A DNA stretch of 39,637 nt from the NCBI GenBank assembly GCA_045638445.1, contig JAZUBJ010000054.1, positions 1 through 39,637 on the forward strand. Direction: 5' to 3'. Below are positions 8,579 through 18,600 of this stretch, one piece after another. Position 1 is the first letter of the stretch. Each line of letters begins with the position of its first letter. The stretch is from Bacilli bacterium (lineage in GTDB: Bacteria; Bacillota_I; Bacilli_A; RF39; UBA660). Below the pieces are notes generated by a model. The model was not told where the DNA came from. It made no database searches and was given only the letters and a program-made list of their open reading frames with translations. A program made the position numbers and the translations under genes.

Positions 8579-11467
8579 ATGAAATATATACCATTAAATA
8601 TAAAAACTGAATACGATTTAATGAATAGTCTAATAAAAATAGATGAACTCATTTTATATGCAAAAAACAATAATATAAATACACTAGGTATAACAGATAC
8701 AGAAATGTTCGGAAGTTTTGAATTCATAACAAAATGTCAAAAAAATAATATAAAACCAATAATTGGAACTGAACTAAATATAAATGAAATTAATTTCTTT
8801 TTGTATGCCCAAAATTACAACGGATTCAAATCATTATGTAAAATTATAAGCAAAAAGAATTTAGAAGAATTAAATTTAGATTATATATTTAAAATGACAG
8901 ATGACATTATTTGTGTATGCGATTATAAAGACTATGAAACATTTAAAAATAAGTTTACATATACTTTTATAAAATATAAAAATGATATTGAAAAAACAAA
9001 TGCTCTTCTCATAACAAACGATATAGTTTATTTTAATGAAATAAGATACTATGAAAAAAATGATATGTATTATTTTAAATATTTAAAATATATTGAAGAA
9101 CAAAAAACAATAGATGAAAATATTGATATAAAAGAAACATATTTTGAAGAAATAACAGATAACTTTGATATAACAAGTACAATAAAATTTAGCAATTTAA
9201 TTAATTTAGAATTTCCAAAAAGTACACTACATATACCAGTTTATAAAGAAAATTCAAAAGAATTTTTAAGAGCATTAGCTAAAAAAGGATTAGAAAAAAG
9301 ATTAAATAACAATGTACCTGATCATTATAAAAAAAGATTAACATATGAACTTGATGTAATTGAAAAAATGAATTATGTTGATTATTTTTTAATTGTTTAT
9401 GATTTTATACTATTTTCTAAAAAGAATAATATATTAGTGGGTCCAGGAAGAGGAAGCGGAGCAGCTTCACTTGTAAATTACTCACTTGGAATTATAAATA
9501 TAGATCCATTAAAATACGATTTAATTTTTGAAAGATTTTTAAACCCAGACAGAATAACTATGCCAGATATAGATATAGATTTTGATAGTTTAAAAAGAGA
9601 AGAAGTAATAGAATATGTAACAAATAAATATGGAATAAATAATACAGCAAGAATAATATCATTTAACACACTATTACCAAAACAAGTAATAAGAGATGTA
9701 TCAAAAGTATTAAATATGAATACTGTACTTGTAGATAAAATATGTAAAACAATTAAAGATGAAAAAGACTTTAATTTACTAAAAGAAAATAAAGAATTTA
9801 TAAATATAATAAACAGAAATAACGAATCAAAAGAATTAATAAAAATATGTAATAAATTATGTGGAATTAAAAAAAATACAAGTATACATGCAGCAGGAGT
9901 AGTAATTAGTGATATTCCATTATATAATCTAATGCCATTATATAAAAGTAATGATGTAATACTAACAGGATATGATAAAGATCATATTGAAGAATTAGGC
10001 CTTTTAAAAATGGATTTTTTATCTATCAAAAATTTAAATACAATATCTAATATTTTAGAAGAAATAAAAAATGATAATATAAATTTAAACATAGATAATA
10101 TTGATCTAAATGATAAAAAAACACTAGATTTATTTAAAAATGGATATACAAACGGAATATTTCAATTCGAAAGCGACGGCATGAAATCATTTCTTAAAAA
10201 ATTAGAAGTAGATAATTTTAATACACTAGTAGACGCAATCGCACTTTATAGACCAGGACCAAGAGAAATGATTGATGAATACATATTAAGAAAAAAAGGT
10301 AAAAAGAAAATAACTTATTTAATTCCTGAATTAGAAAGTATATTAAAAAGTACATATGGAATAATCATATATCAAGAACAAGTACTAGAAATACTAAGAA
10401 AAATCGGTAATTATACATACGCAGAAGCAGATTTAATAAGAAGAGCAATGTCAAAAAAGAAAGCAGATATTATTGAACAAACAAAATCAAAATTCACCTC
10501 TTCAGTTATGTCAAAAGGATATACAGAATCAGTTTCACTAGAGTTATTTGAATTAATATTAAAATTCTCATCATATGGCTTTAATAAATCACACTCAGTA
10601 GTTTATTCACTTGTAGCTTTTCAAATGGCTTATTTAAAAATAAATTATACAAAATATTTTATGAAAAATTTATTAAATATGAATAAATCAAATAATAAAA
10701 TTAAAGAATATATAGATGAAGCAAAACTATTAGGAATAGAATTTTCATTAATAGATATAAATAATTCATGTAAAGAATTTGTAATAAAAAATAATAAACT
10801 AGTATTCCCATTTAGTTTAATTAAATCAATTGGAATAAATGTATCAAACGAAATAGAAGAAGAAAGAAACAAAAAGAAATTTGATTCATTTTATGATTTT
10901 GTAATAAGATGTTATGGAAAAGGTATAAATAAAAAAGTAATTGTTTCATTAATAGAATGCGGTTCATTTAATCAATTTAATATAAATAAAAAAACATATA
11001 TACAAAATATAGATGAAATAATTAATTATGCTGATTTATGTAAAGATTTAAGTATAACACTAATCGAAAAACCAGTTTTTGAAGAAATAGATGATTTTAC
11101 AGACAAAGAACAAATAGCAAATGAAATCAAAAACTATGGATTTTATTTATCATTTCATCCAGTAACAAAATATAGTAGAGAAAACTTAATTACATTAAAT
11201 AACATAAATAACTATTTTAATAGGACTGTTACATCTATATTGTATGTAGAAGATGCTAAAACAATAAAAACAAAAAATAACGAAAAAATGTCATTTGTAA
11301 AATTTTCAGATGAATATTCTCAAATTGAAGGAATACTATTCCCAAATGAATATAAAAAAATAGGAGAACTAGAAGCAAATAGTGTATATAAAGTAATAGG
11401 TAAAATAGAGAAAAGAAATAACACTCTTCAATTTATTATATATAGCACAACAAACTTAGATAATTAA
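8579..11467 (+). CDS. dnaE: DNA polymerase III alpha subunit, DnaE type
   Basis: 962 aa. Motifs GPGRGSGAASLVNYSLGI, IHAAGVVI, LKMDFL, GIFQFES, ALYRPGP, FNKSHS. No exonuclease insertion. Confidence 0.9.
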   Translation: MKYIPLNIKTEYDLMNSLIKIDELILYAKNNNINTLGITDTEMFGSFEFITKCQKNNIKPIIGTELNINEINFFLYAQNYNGFKSLCKIISKKNLEELNLDYIFKMTDDIICVCDYKDYETFKNKFTYTFIKYKNDIEKTNALLITNDIVYFNEIRYYEKNDMYYFKYLKYIEEQKTIDENIDIKETYFEEITDNFDITSTIKFSNLINLEFPKSTLHIPVYKENSKEFLRALAKKGLEKRLNNNVPDHYKKRLTYELDVIEKMNYVDYFLIVYDFILFSKKNNILVGPGRGSGAASLVNYSLGIINIDPLKYDLIFERFLNPDRITMPDIDIDFDSLKREEVIEYVTNKYGINNTARIISFNTLLPKQVIRDVSKVLNMNTVLVDKICKTIKDEKDFNLLKENKEFINIINRNNESKELIKICNKLCGIKKNTSIHAAGVVISDIPLYNLMPLYKSNDVILTGYDKDHIEELGLLKMDFLSIKNLNTISNILEEIKNDNINLNIDNIDLNDKKTLDLFKNGYTNGIFQFESDGMKSFLKKLEVDNFNTLVDAIALYRPGPREMIDEYILRKKGKKKITYLIPELESILKSTYGIIIYQEQVLEILRKIGNYTYAEADLIRRAMSKKKADIIEQTKSKFTSSVMSKGYTESVSLELFELILKFSSYGFNKSHSVVYSLVAFQMAYLKINYTKYFMKNLLNMNKSNNKIKEYIDEAKLLGIEFSLIDINNSCKEFVIKNNKLVFPFSLIKSIGINVSNEIEEERNKKKFDSFYDFVIRCYGKGINKKVIVSLIECGSFNQFNINKKTYIQNIDEIINYADLCKDLSITLIEKPVFEEIDDFTDKEQIANEIKNYGFYLSFHPVTKYSRENLITLNNINNYFNRTVTSILYVEDAKTIKTKNNEKMSFVKFSDEYSQIEGILFPNEYKKIGELEANSVYKVIGKIEKRNNTLQFIIYSTTNLDN

Positions 11468-11520
11468 TTGAATTAGATAATAAAAAATGATATTATATTA
11501 TAGTAAGATAGGTGAGTAAC

Positions 11521-14142
11521 ATGAGTAGTCTAAATGATAAGAAAAGAGAAAATAAAATAAAAGAACTTTTAAAAACAACAAACGCTCTTAGATTAAGTTA
11601 TGAAAGTATAACTCATTCAAAAAAACAAAAAAAGATAAGACTATTTAGAAGTAATGAATTAAAAATATTAACTGAAGAAGAATTTGAATTTTTAAAAAGA
11701 ACAGATTCATTCAAAAGAAGATTAAGAGACGGAGAGACTATAAATGACATAATGCCAGAAGCACTAGCATTATGTAGAGAAGCAACAAAAAGAAGACTAG
11801 GAATGTTTCACTATGATGTACAAATTGAAGCTGCAATAGCAATGCACGATAACACAATTATAGAAATGAAAACTGGTGAAGGAAAAACACTGGTACAAAT
11901 ATTAAGTGCTTATTTAAGTGCATTAGAAGCAACTTCGTCATTAGATCCAAATGAACATAAACAAGTACATATAATCACAGCAAACGATTATTTAGCAGAA
12001 AGAGACTATGAAGATAACAAAAAAGTATTTGAACTACTTGGATTATCATGCGGATATGCAATGAGTCAAGGGCAAACAAAAGGAAATCCAAAGCTACTTG
12101 ATAAAAAAAGAGAAGCTTATAAATCAGATATAATATTTGCAACTGCACCAACAATAGCATTCGATTATTTAGAGGATAATCATGCATTAAACGCAGATAA
12201 AAGGTTTATGAAAAAACCACTATTTAAAGCAATTGTAGACGAAGCAGATGATATATTACTAGATCAAGCAACTAGACCGCTAATATTAAGTAAAAGAGTA
12301 CAAGAAAACGAAAAACATAAATATAACGATTTAGAAATTTATGATTGGGCAGTAAGATTTATAAATGGTGAAAAAGGTTATAGAAGAAAACCTATTACAG
12401 TTAAAGTATTTAATCAATATGAAAAAAATAAACATGATTCATATACAGAAGATTGTGCAATATATTTAGATAATCAATTTGTTGATATGCAAAATATAAC
12501 ACAAGAAATATACGGAGATAATCCAGATTTAACAGATCCAAATGTAGCAGAAGAATTATTCTTTAAAAGTCAAGCTGTTATTCAATGCTTACTTGCAGAA
12601 TACTATTTCAAAGAAGGTAAACAATACCAAATATTTGAAGATAAAACTGCTGAAGATGACGAATATACATATATGAAAATTATGTTAACAGATGCTTCAA
12701 CTGGTAGAAGTTTAGAACAAACAAAATATCAAAATGGAATACACGAAGCCATAGAAGCAACTGTGTCATATAAATTAGAACAAAAAAATAAAAAAGATAA
12801 GACAAAATATAAATTAAGATTCTCAAACAAAAACAAACCTGTAGCAAAAGTAACATATCCAGATTTCTTAAGTATATATGAAAACGGGGTATCAGGAATG
12901 ACTGGTACTGCTGATAAAGATGAATTTATGGAGGTATATCAACTAGATACATATTTTGTACCAACAAGAAAACCAAATATCAGAAAAGATGAACCAGATG
13001 AACTTTATGCAACAGAAAAAGATAAATTTAATGCTATTTTAAGAGAAGTATTAGAATGTCAAAGAACAATGCAACCAGTTTTAATAGGAACAACAAACGT
13101 AGAAGAAAGTGATAGACTATGCAAAGTTTTATATGAATATGGTATAAGATTTCAAAGACTAGATGCTGTAAATAAAGACAACGAAAAAGGTATAAAAGAA
13201 ACAGCAGGTTTACTAGGTACAGTAACAATTGCAACAAATATGGCAGGAAGAGGAATAGATATAAAATTAGGACCTGGTGTTGAAGAAGTTGGAGGATTAT
13301 ACGTAATCGGTTCATCAAAAAACAAAAATCAAAGAATTGACAACCAATTAAAAGGACGTGCATCAAGACAAGGAGAACCAGGAAAAACAAAATACTTTAT
13401 GTCACTTGATGATGAATTAGTAAGATTGAGATATGGCAAAAAAGGACTAGAAAGTCTAAAAAAACAATACGAAGGTATAACAGGGCAAATAACAGATAAA
13501 CTTACGTTAAAACTTGTAAACGATTGTCAAAGTAATGATGAAAGTAGAGTAAAAGAACAAAGAAAACATACTGAAGAACTAGAAGCAAAAGTATATACAA
13601 AACACAAAAAAATAATTTATGATCAAAGAGTTAAAATACTAACATCATCAGATAAAGAATTGATTGAAATTATAAATAAAATGATAGTTTCATACACAAA
13701 TTCATTATTTGAACAAAAATCATCATATGATCAAATTTTAGCAAAACTAGGCCATTTAATAAAAATAGAAGAATGTTATGACGAAAAAGAAGAAATATTC
13801 AAAAATAATATTATAAATAGTTTAAATAGACAATTTTCATATTCATCACAATTAAAAACTGAAAAGTATTTACAAGTAACTAGAAGAAAAATGTTAAAAA
13901 TAATTGATGACTATTGGATTTCTCATATAGAAAAATTACAAAGTAATTGGGATAATGCAACATATTATGCATATTCTAATGTGAATCCTATGGATATATA
14001 TGAAAGAGAATCAATGATGGATTTACAAAATATGACATATTACATACAAAATGAAATGCTAACCTACGCATTAAAACCAGAGTTAGCATATGGAGTATAT
14101 GAGGTAAAAGAAAATATAGAAGAAAAAGGAGCAATATTATGA
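11521..14142 (+). CDS. secA: Preprotein translocase ATPase SecA (divergent; no C-terminal zinc-finger tail)
   Basis: Walker A MKTGEGKTL, VDEADDILLDQATRPLILS, GMTGTA, TNMAGRGIDIKLG, GRASRQGEPG. I moved the start from GTG 11512 to ATG 11521, which has a GGTGA SD. Confidence 0.85.
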   Translation: MSSLNDKKRENKIKELLKTTNALRLSYESITHSKKQKKIRLFRSNELKILTEEEFEFLKRTDSFKRRLRDGETINDIMPEALALCREATKRRLGMFHYDVQIEAAIAMHDNTIIEMKTGEGKTLVQILSAYLSALEATSSLDPNEHKQVHIITANDYLAERDYEDNKKVFELLGLSCGYAMSQGQTKGNPKLLDKKREAYKSDIIFATAPTIAFDYLEDNHALNADKRFMKKPLFKAIVDEADDILLDQATRPLILSKRVQENEKHKYNDLEIYDWAVRFINGEKGYRRKPITVKVFNQYEKNKHDSYTEDCAIYLDNQFVDMQNITQEIYGDNPDLTDPNVAEELFFKSQAVIQCLLAEYYFKEGKQYQIFEDKTAEDDEYTYMKIMLTDASTGRSLEQTKYQNGIHEAIEATVSYKLEQKNKKDKTKYKLRFSNKNKPVAKVTYPDFLSIYENGVSGMTGTADKDEFMEVYQLDTYFVPTRKPNIRKDEPDELYATEKDKFNAILREVLECQRTMQPVLIGTTNVEESDRLCKVLYEYGIRFQRLDAVNKDNEKGIKETAGLLGTVTIATNMAGRGIDIKLGPGVEEVGGLYVIGSSKNKNQRIDNQLKGRASRQGEPGKTKYFMSLDDELVRLRYGKKGLESLKKQYEGITGQITDKLTLKLVNDCQSNDESRVKEQRKHTEELEAKVYTKHKKIIYDQRVKILTSSDKELIEIINKMIVSYTNSLFEQKSSYDQILAKLGHLIKIEECYDEKEEIFKNNIINSLNRQFSYSSQLKTEKYLQVTRRKMLKIIDDYWISHIEKLQSNWDNATYYAYSNVNPMDIYERESMMDLQNMTYYIQNEMLTYALKPELAYGVYEVKENIEEKGAIL

Positions 14143-14624
14143 AAGTGTTATTAACTTTATTAAAAGCAATAATTGCAATATATTTAGTTGCAATATTACT
14201 TCTAACAGCATTTTTTTTAACATATAAAGAATTATATAATAATCCTTTTCCTCTTTTATTTGATTATTCTTACTATAAAGTTGAAACAGAAGAATATACT
14301 CCTGATTATGAAAAGAATGACTTTATTATTGTCAAAAAAAGCGACGAAGTATCTCAAGGAGACTATGTTGTTTATGTAGAAAAAAAAGATATTGTAAGAT
14401 TTAGAAAAGTCGTATCAAAAAATGGAGCGCTAGTAACATTAAAAAATCCAAATTCAAAAGATGATGAGGTTACAATAGATAGAAAAGATATCATAGCAGT
14501 AAGTACTTATCATAGTGATTTTTTAAGTTTATTATTAACGTGGTTAACAGAACCAGTTGTAGTAATTGCAATATTTGTAGTAGCAGTATTATTACCAGAA
14601 GTTCAATACAGAGATTATGATTAG
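14139..14624 (+). CDS. Membrane protein with SipW/Sec11-type signal-peptidase-like topology and sequence but without the catalytic Ser/His
   Basis: ATGA overlap with secA. N- and C-terminal TM helices. The core YYKVETEEYTPDYEKNDFIIVKK..GDYVVYV..VRFRKV aligns by eye with the remembered SipW motifs VLSGSMEPT..GD(V/I)I..THR(I/V)V. Confidence 0.55.
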   Translation: MKVLLTLLKAIIAIYLVAILLLTAFFLTYKELYNNPFPLLFDYSYYKVETEEYTPDYEKNDFIIVKKSDEVSQGDYVVYVEKKDIVRFRKVVSKNGALVTLKNPNSKDDEVTIDRKDIIAVSTYHSDFLSLLLTWLTEPVVVIAIFVVAVLLPEVQYRDYD

Positions 14625-14685
14625 AAATATACTATTATATATTAAAAAAATATGATATATTAATATTAAGATAGGAGAATAAAAT

Positions 14686-15609
14686 ATGAGTAAAATAGTA
14701 ATTGCTTTTGGAGGAAACGCATTAGGAAATAATCCAAAAGAACAACAAGCCCTAATTAAAAAAGCTGTTAAAAATGTTGTACCTTTAGTAAAAGAAGGAC
14801 ATCAAATTATAATAGGACATGGAAATGGTCCACAAGTTGGAGTAATTAATCTAGCATTTGAAGATTCTTATGCAAATGAAGATATCCCATATATGCCATT
14901 TCCAGAATGTACAGCAATGAGCCAAGGATACATTGGTTATCATTTACAAAAAGGACTAAGAGATGTTTTAGAAGAAGAAGGGTTATATAAAAAAATTGTT
15001 ACAATTGTAACACAAGTTGTAGTTGATAAAACTGACCCATCATTTAAAAATCCAACAAAACCTGTAGGTCCATTCTATTCAAAGAAAATGGCAGAAAAAT
15101 TAATGGCAGAAAGTGGAGAAAAATATATTGAAGATTCAGGACGTGGATACAGAAAAGTAGTAGCAAGCCCAAAACCACTTGAAATTGTTGAAATCGAAAC
15201 AATAAGAGATTTAATAAAAACAGATCATATTGTTATTGCAGGTGGAGGTGGAGGAGTTCCAATCTACAAACAAAATGAAGCAAAAGGAGCAAATGCAGTT
15301 ATAGATAAAGATTTAGTAAGTTCACTAATGGCAAGAGAATTAAACGCAGATGCATTAATAATACTTACTAACGTAAAACAAGCAGAACTTCGCTATGGTA
15401 CACCAGAAGCAGAAAAAGTAGGAAGCATTTCATTAGATGTTGCAAAACAATATATAGAAGAAGGACATTTTGCAAAAGGAAGTATGTTACCTAAAATTCA
15501 AGCTGCAATTAACTTTGTAGAAGCAACTGGAAAAAGAGCAGTTATTACTTCATTAAACAATTTAGAAAATGCATTAAATGGAATAAATGTAACAGAAATT
15601 CACAAGTAA
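14686..15609 (+). CDS. arcC: Carbamate kinase
   Basis: 307 aa. IAFGGNALG..GHGNGPQVG and the overall length fit carbamate kinase. No arcA/arcB in the window. Confidence 0.85.
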   Translation: MSKIVIAFGGNALGNNPKEQQALIKKAVKNVVPLVKEGHQIIIGHGNGPQVGVINLAFEDSYANEDIPYMPFPECTAMSQGYIGYHLQKGLRDVLEEEGLYKKIVTIVTQVVVDKTDPSFKNPTKPVGPFYSKKMAEKLMAESGEKYIEDSGRGYRKVVASPKPLEIVEIETIRDLIKTDHIVIAGGGGGVPIYKQNEAKGANAVIDKDLVSSLMARELNADALIILTNVKQAELRYGTPEAEKVGSISLDVAKQYIEEGHFAKGSMLPKIQAAINFVEATGKRAVITSLNNLENALNGINVTEIHK

Positions 15610-15627
15610 TTATATTACTTGTTTTTT
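15602..15627 (+). terminator. Rho-independent terminator of arcC
   Basis: acaagtaa-ttata-ttacttgt followed by T5. It overlaps the stop codon. Confidence 0.7.
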
Positions 15628-15696
15628 CTTGTAAAAAAATATAATAAATGTTGATGTTACCAGTAACAATATGATATTATTAAAATAGGTGATAAT

Positions 15697-18600
15697 ATGA
15701 AAAAAATTAGCAAAATAATAGTACTAGTTATTACTTTTATGTTTTTAAGTTGTAACATTAAGGCATTAAATTATTCAAATGCGGTATCAAAAGCAGAAAA
15801 CTATTTAAATAGTATATATGAATATAAAACAACATATCACAGGTATTTAATACCAATACCAGAAGATAAGGTAACAAAGTTTTATACCGAGTTAGAACAA
15901 AACGGTGAAAATTTTAAATACGGAGGATTGTTAAGCGAATATGAATTCTTAATAACAGAAAAACATAGAGGTAACAAATATTCATATTTATATGAAAGTG
16001 ATGACTTTTGGACACTATCAAACGGAAATAGAGAAAATACAAAAAAAGTAATATCAAATAACGTAAATAACGTTGATATACACGAAGAATCACCCGGAGT
16101 AAAAGTAACAGAATTTGTAGATGATAGTACAATGATTATGGGTGCAGGAGCATATGATGATCCTTGGGTTTTTATACCTAAATATCAAGTTACTATAAAA
16201 ACTAATGATAAAAATAAAGGAATGTTAATTGACCCAACAGTATCACCACAAACAGAAACAGAGGAAGTTACAATAACATTATCAAGAAATTCAACTGCAT
16301 TCCTGAATGTAAAAGCAAAAGAAGGATATCAATATCTTGGTAATACATGTGGATACATAATAAATGACATTGATATAAGAAATTCTAACAATGTAACACA
16401 AGGTCAATTAAAAATATATGAAGTATCAAGAGATTTTGAATGTAAAATAAACTTTGGTGAAAAACCATTTGAAGTATTAATCGAAACAGATGGTAATTCA
16501 TCAAATAACACTAATTTAAATAAAATATATATTCTTCCAAAAAAATCATGGTATAGTGACGAACAAGCACAACATCAAATTTCAAAAATAAATAATGTTC
16601 CTAAAAAAACAGGTTTTAAAACAGAAGGATTATATTTAGAAAATAATGGTGAATTATTACCAAATAATACATGCCAAGGCATAAAATATATATCTAGTGA
16701 CGGAACATTAAAAGACGTTAATGAAATAACAAGAGCTATGATAGCAAATAACGTTACACTTTATCCATGCTATATACCAAATCAATATACTGTTAAATAC
16801 GATTGTAATGGTGGAACTGGAGAATTACAACCAACAACACATTACTACAATGTTGCAGCAGATTTAAGAGAAAACGCATGTACAAGAGAAGGATATAAAT
16901 TTTTAGGATGGAACACTGAACCAAATGGAAGCGGAGCATCATACTCAACAGGTTCACAAACAACTCCAGTAGCATCAGAAGGAACAGTAACACTTTATGC
17001 AGAATGGGAAAAATTAATAAAATATACAGCAAAAATACACTTAAATGGAGCAAGCAGTGTAAGTAAAGAAGAAATATATTGTTATACAGATGATGCAACA
17101 AAAGGTTGTGATATAACATTACCAACAATAACACCTGCATCAGGATTTACTGTATTGGGATTTAATACAATACAAAACGCAACTTCATCAACTAAAGATC
17201 CATCTACAACTGTAAATTTAAAAAGCGATACAAATTTCTATGCTATTACAAAATCAACATCTCCATATACTATAACATTTAATACAAACGGTTCTAGTGA
17301 TATTACTTCATCAATAGATTGCTATAGATATAATGGAAATTCAACTTGTAAAGTGGTAGCACCAAATGCAACTCCAAAAGATGGATATACGCTAATAGGA
17401 TTAAATACAGATGCAAATGCAACAACAAGTTCATGGAATATAGGAACTGAAAAAGAATTTACATCTTCTGCAACATATAATGTAATTCAAAGTAAAGAAA
17501 TACAAGCAACATTTGAAAAAAATGGAGCTTCAACAATAACTGCAACAACTGTAAAATGTAAAATATATAATGCACAACAAGATTGTACAATAAAAACACC
17601 AGGGATAACACCAATAACTGGCTTTAGTACAGTTGGATGGAACACATCTTCAAGTGCAACAGAAAGTGAAGTTGGACAAAATGCAAATGTATCAATCAAA
17701 AGTAATAAAAAATATTATGCAATAACTAAAAAAGAAATAAAAGCAACATTTATAGCAAATGGAGCTTCATCAATTGGTTCATCAATCAAAACATGTGAAG
17801 TGTATAACGGATCAACATCAGGTTGTAAAATAACAGCACCTACAATAACTGCATCAAGTGGTTTCAGTGTGGTAGGATGGAATATTTCATCATCTGCAAC
17901 AACAAGTACACTTGACCCAGGCGTTGAAATAACAATAAAAAATGATGTAACATATTATGCAATTACTAATAAAACAATTAAAGTAACATTTAATACAAAT
18001 GGAGCTTCATCAATTGGTTCATCAAGCGAAACATGTAAAGTGTATAACGGATCAACATCAGGTTGTAAAATAAAAGCACCTACAATAACTGCATCAAGTG
18101 GTTTCAGTGTGGTAGGATGGAACACAGCATCAAATGAAACAACAAGTACATTAAATGTAAATGCTGAAACAACTGTAACAGAAAATAAAACTTATTATGC
18201 AATAACTAAAAAAGGAATAACAGCAACATTCGTAGCAAATGGAGCTAGTTCTATCGGTTATAACAATAAAACATGTTATGCATATAATGGTTCTACAAAT
18301 GGATGTAAAGTGACATCACCATCAATTACACCAGTAAGTGGATTTACTGCAGTAGGATGGAATACTGATGAAGATGCAACAACAAGTATTTTAAATGTTA
18401 ATACAGATGTAACAATTAAAAATAACGTTACATATAACGCAATAACAACCAAAACAATAACAGTAACATTTAATAAGAATGGAGCAAGTGATATAGCATA
18501 CACAAGCAAACAATGTGTATTGAAAAAAGGAGATACTTCAACTGGATGCGTAGTTAGAACACCAGCAATTACTCCAGCATCAGGATTTACTACAGTTGGA

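Noticed and set aside
14139-14142. Possibility that TGA encodes Trp (Mycoplasma/Spiroplasma code 4), given the extreme AT richness.
   Set aside because: ATGA stop/start overlaps occur at 14139, 23819 and 37079, and well-conserved protein C-termini end at TGA. Trp in conserved motifs is encoded by TGG.
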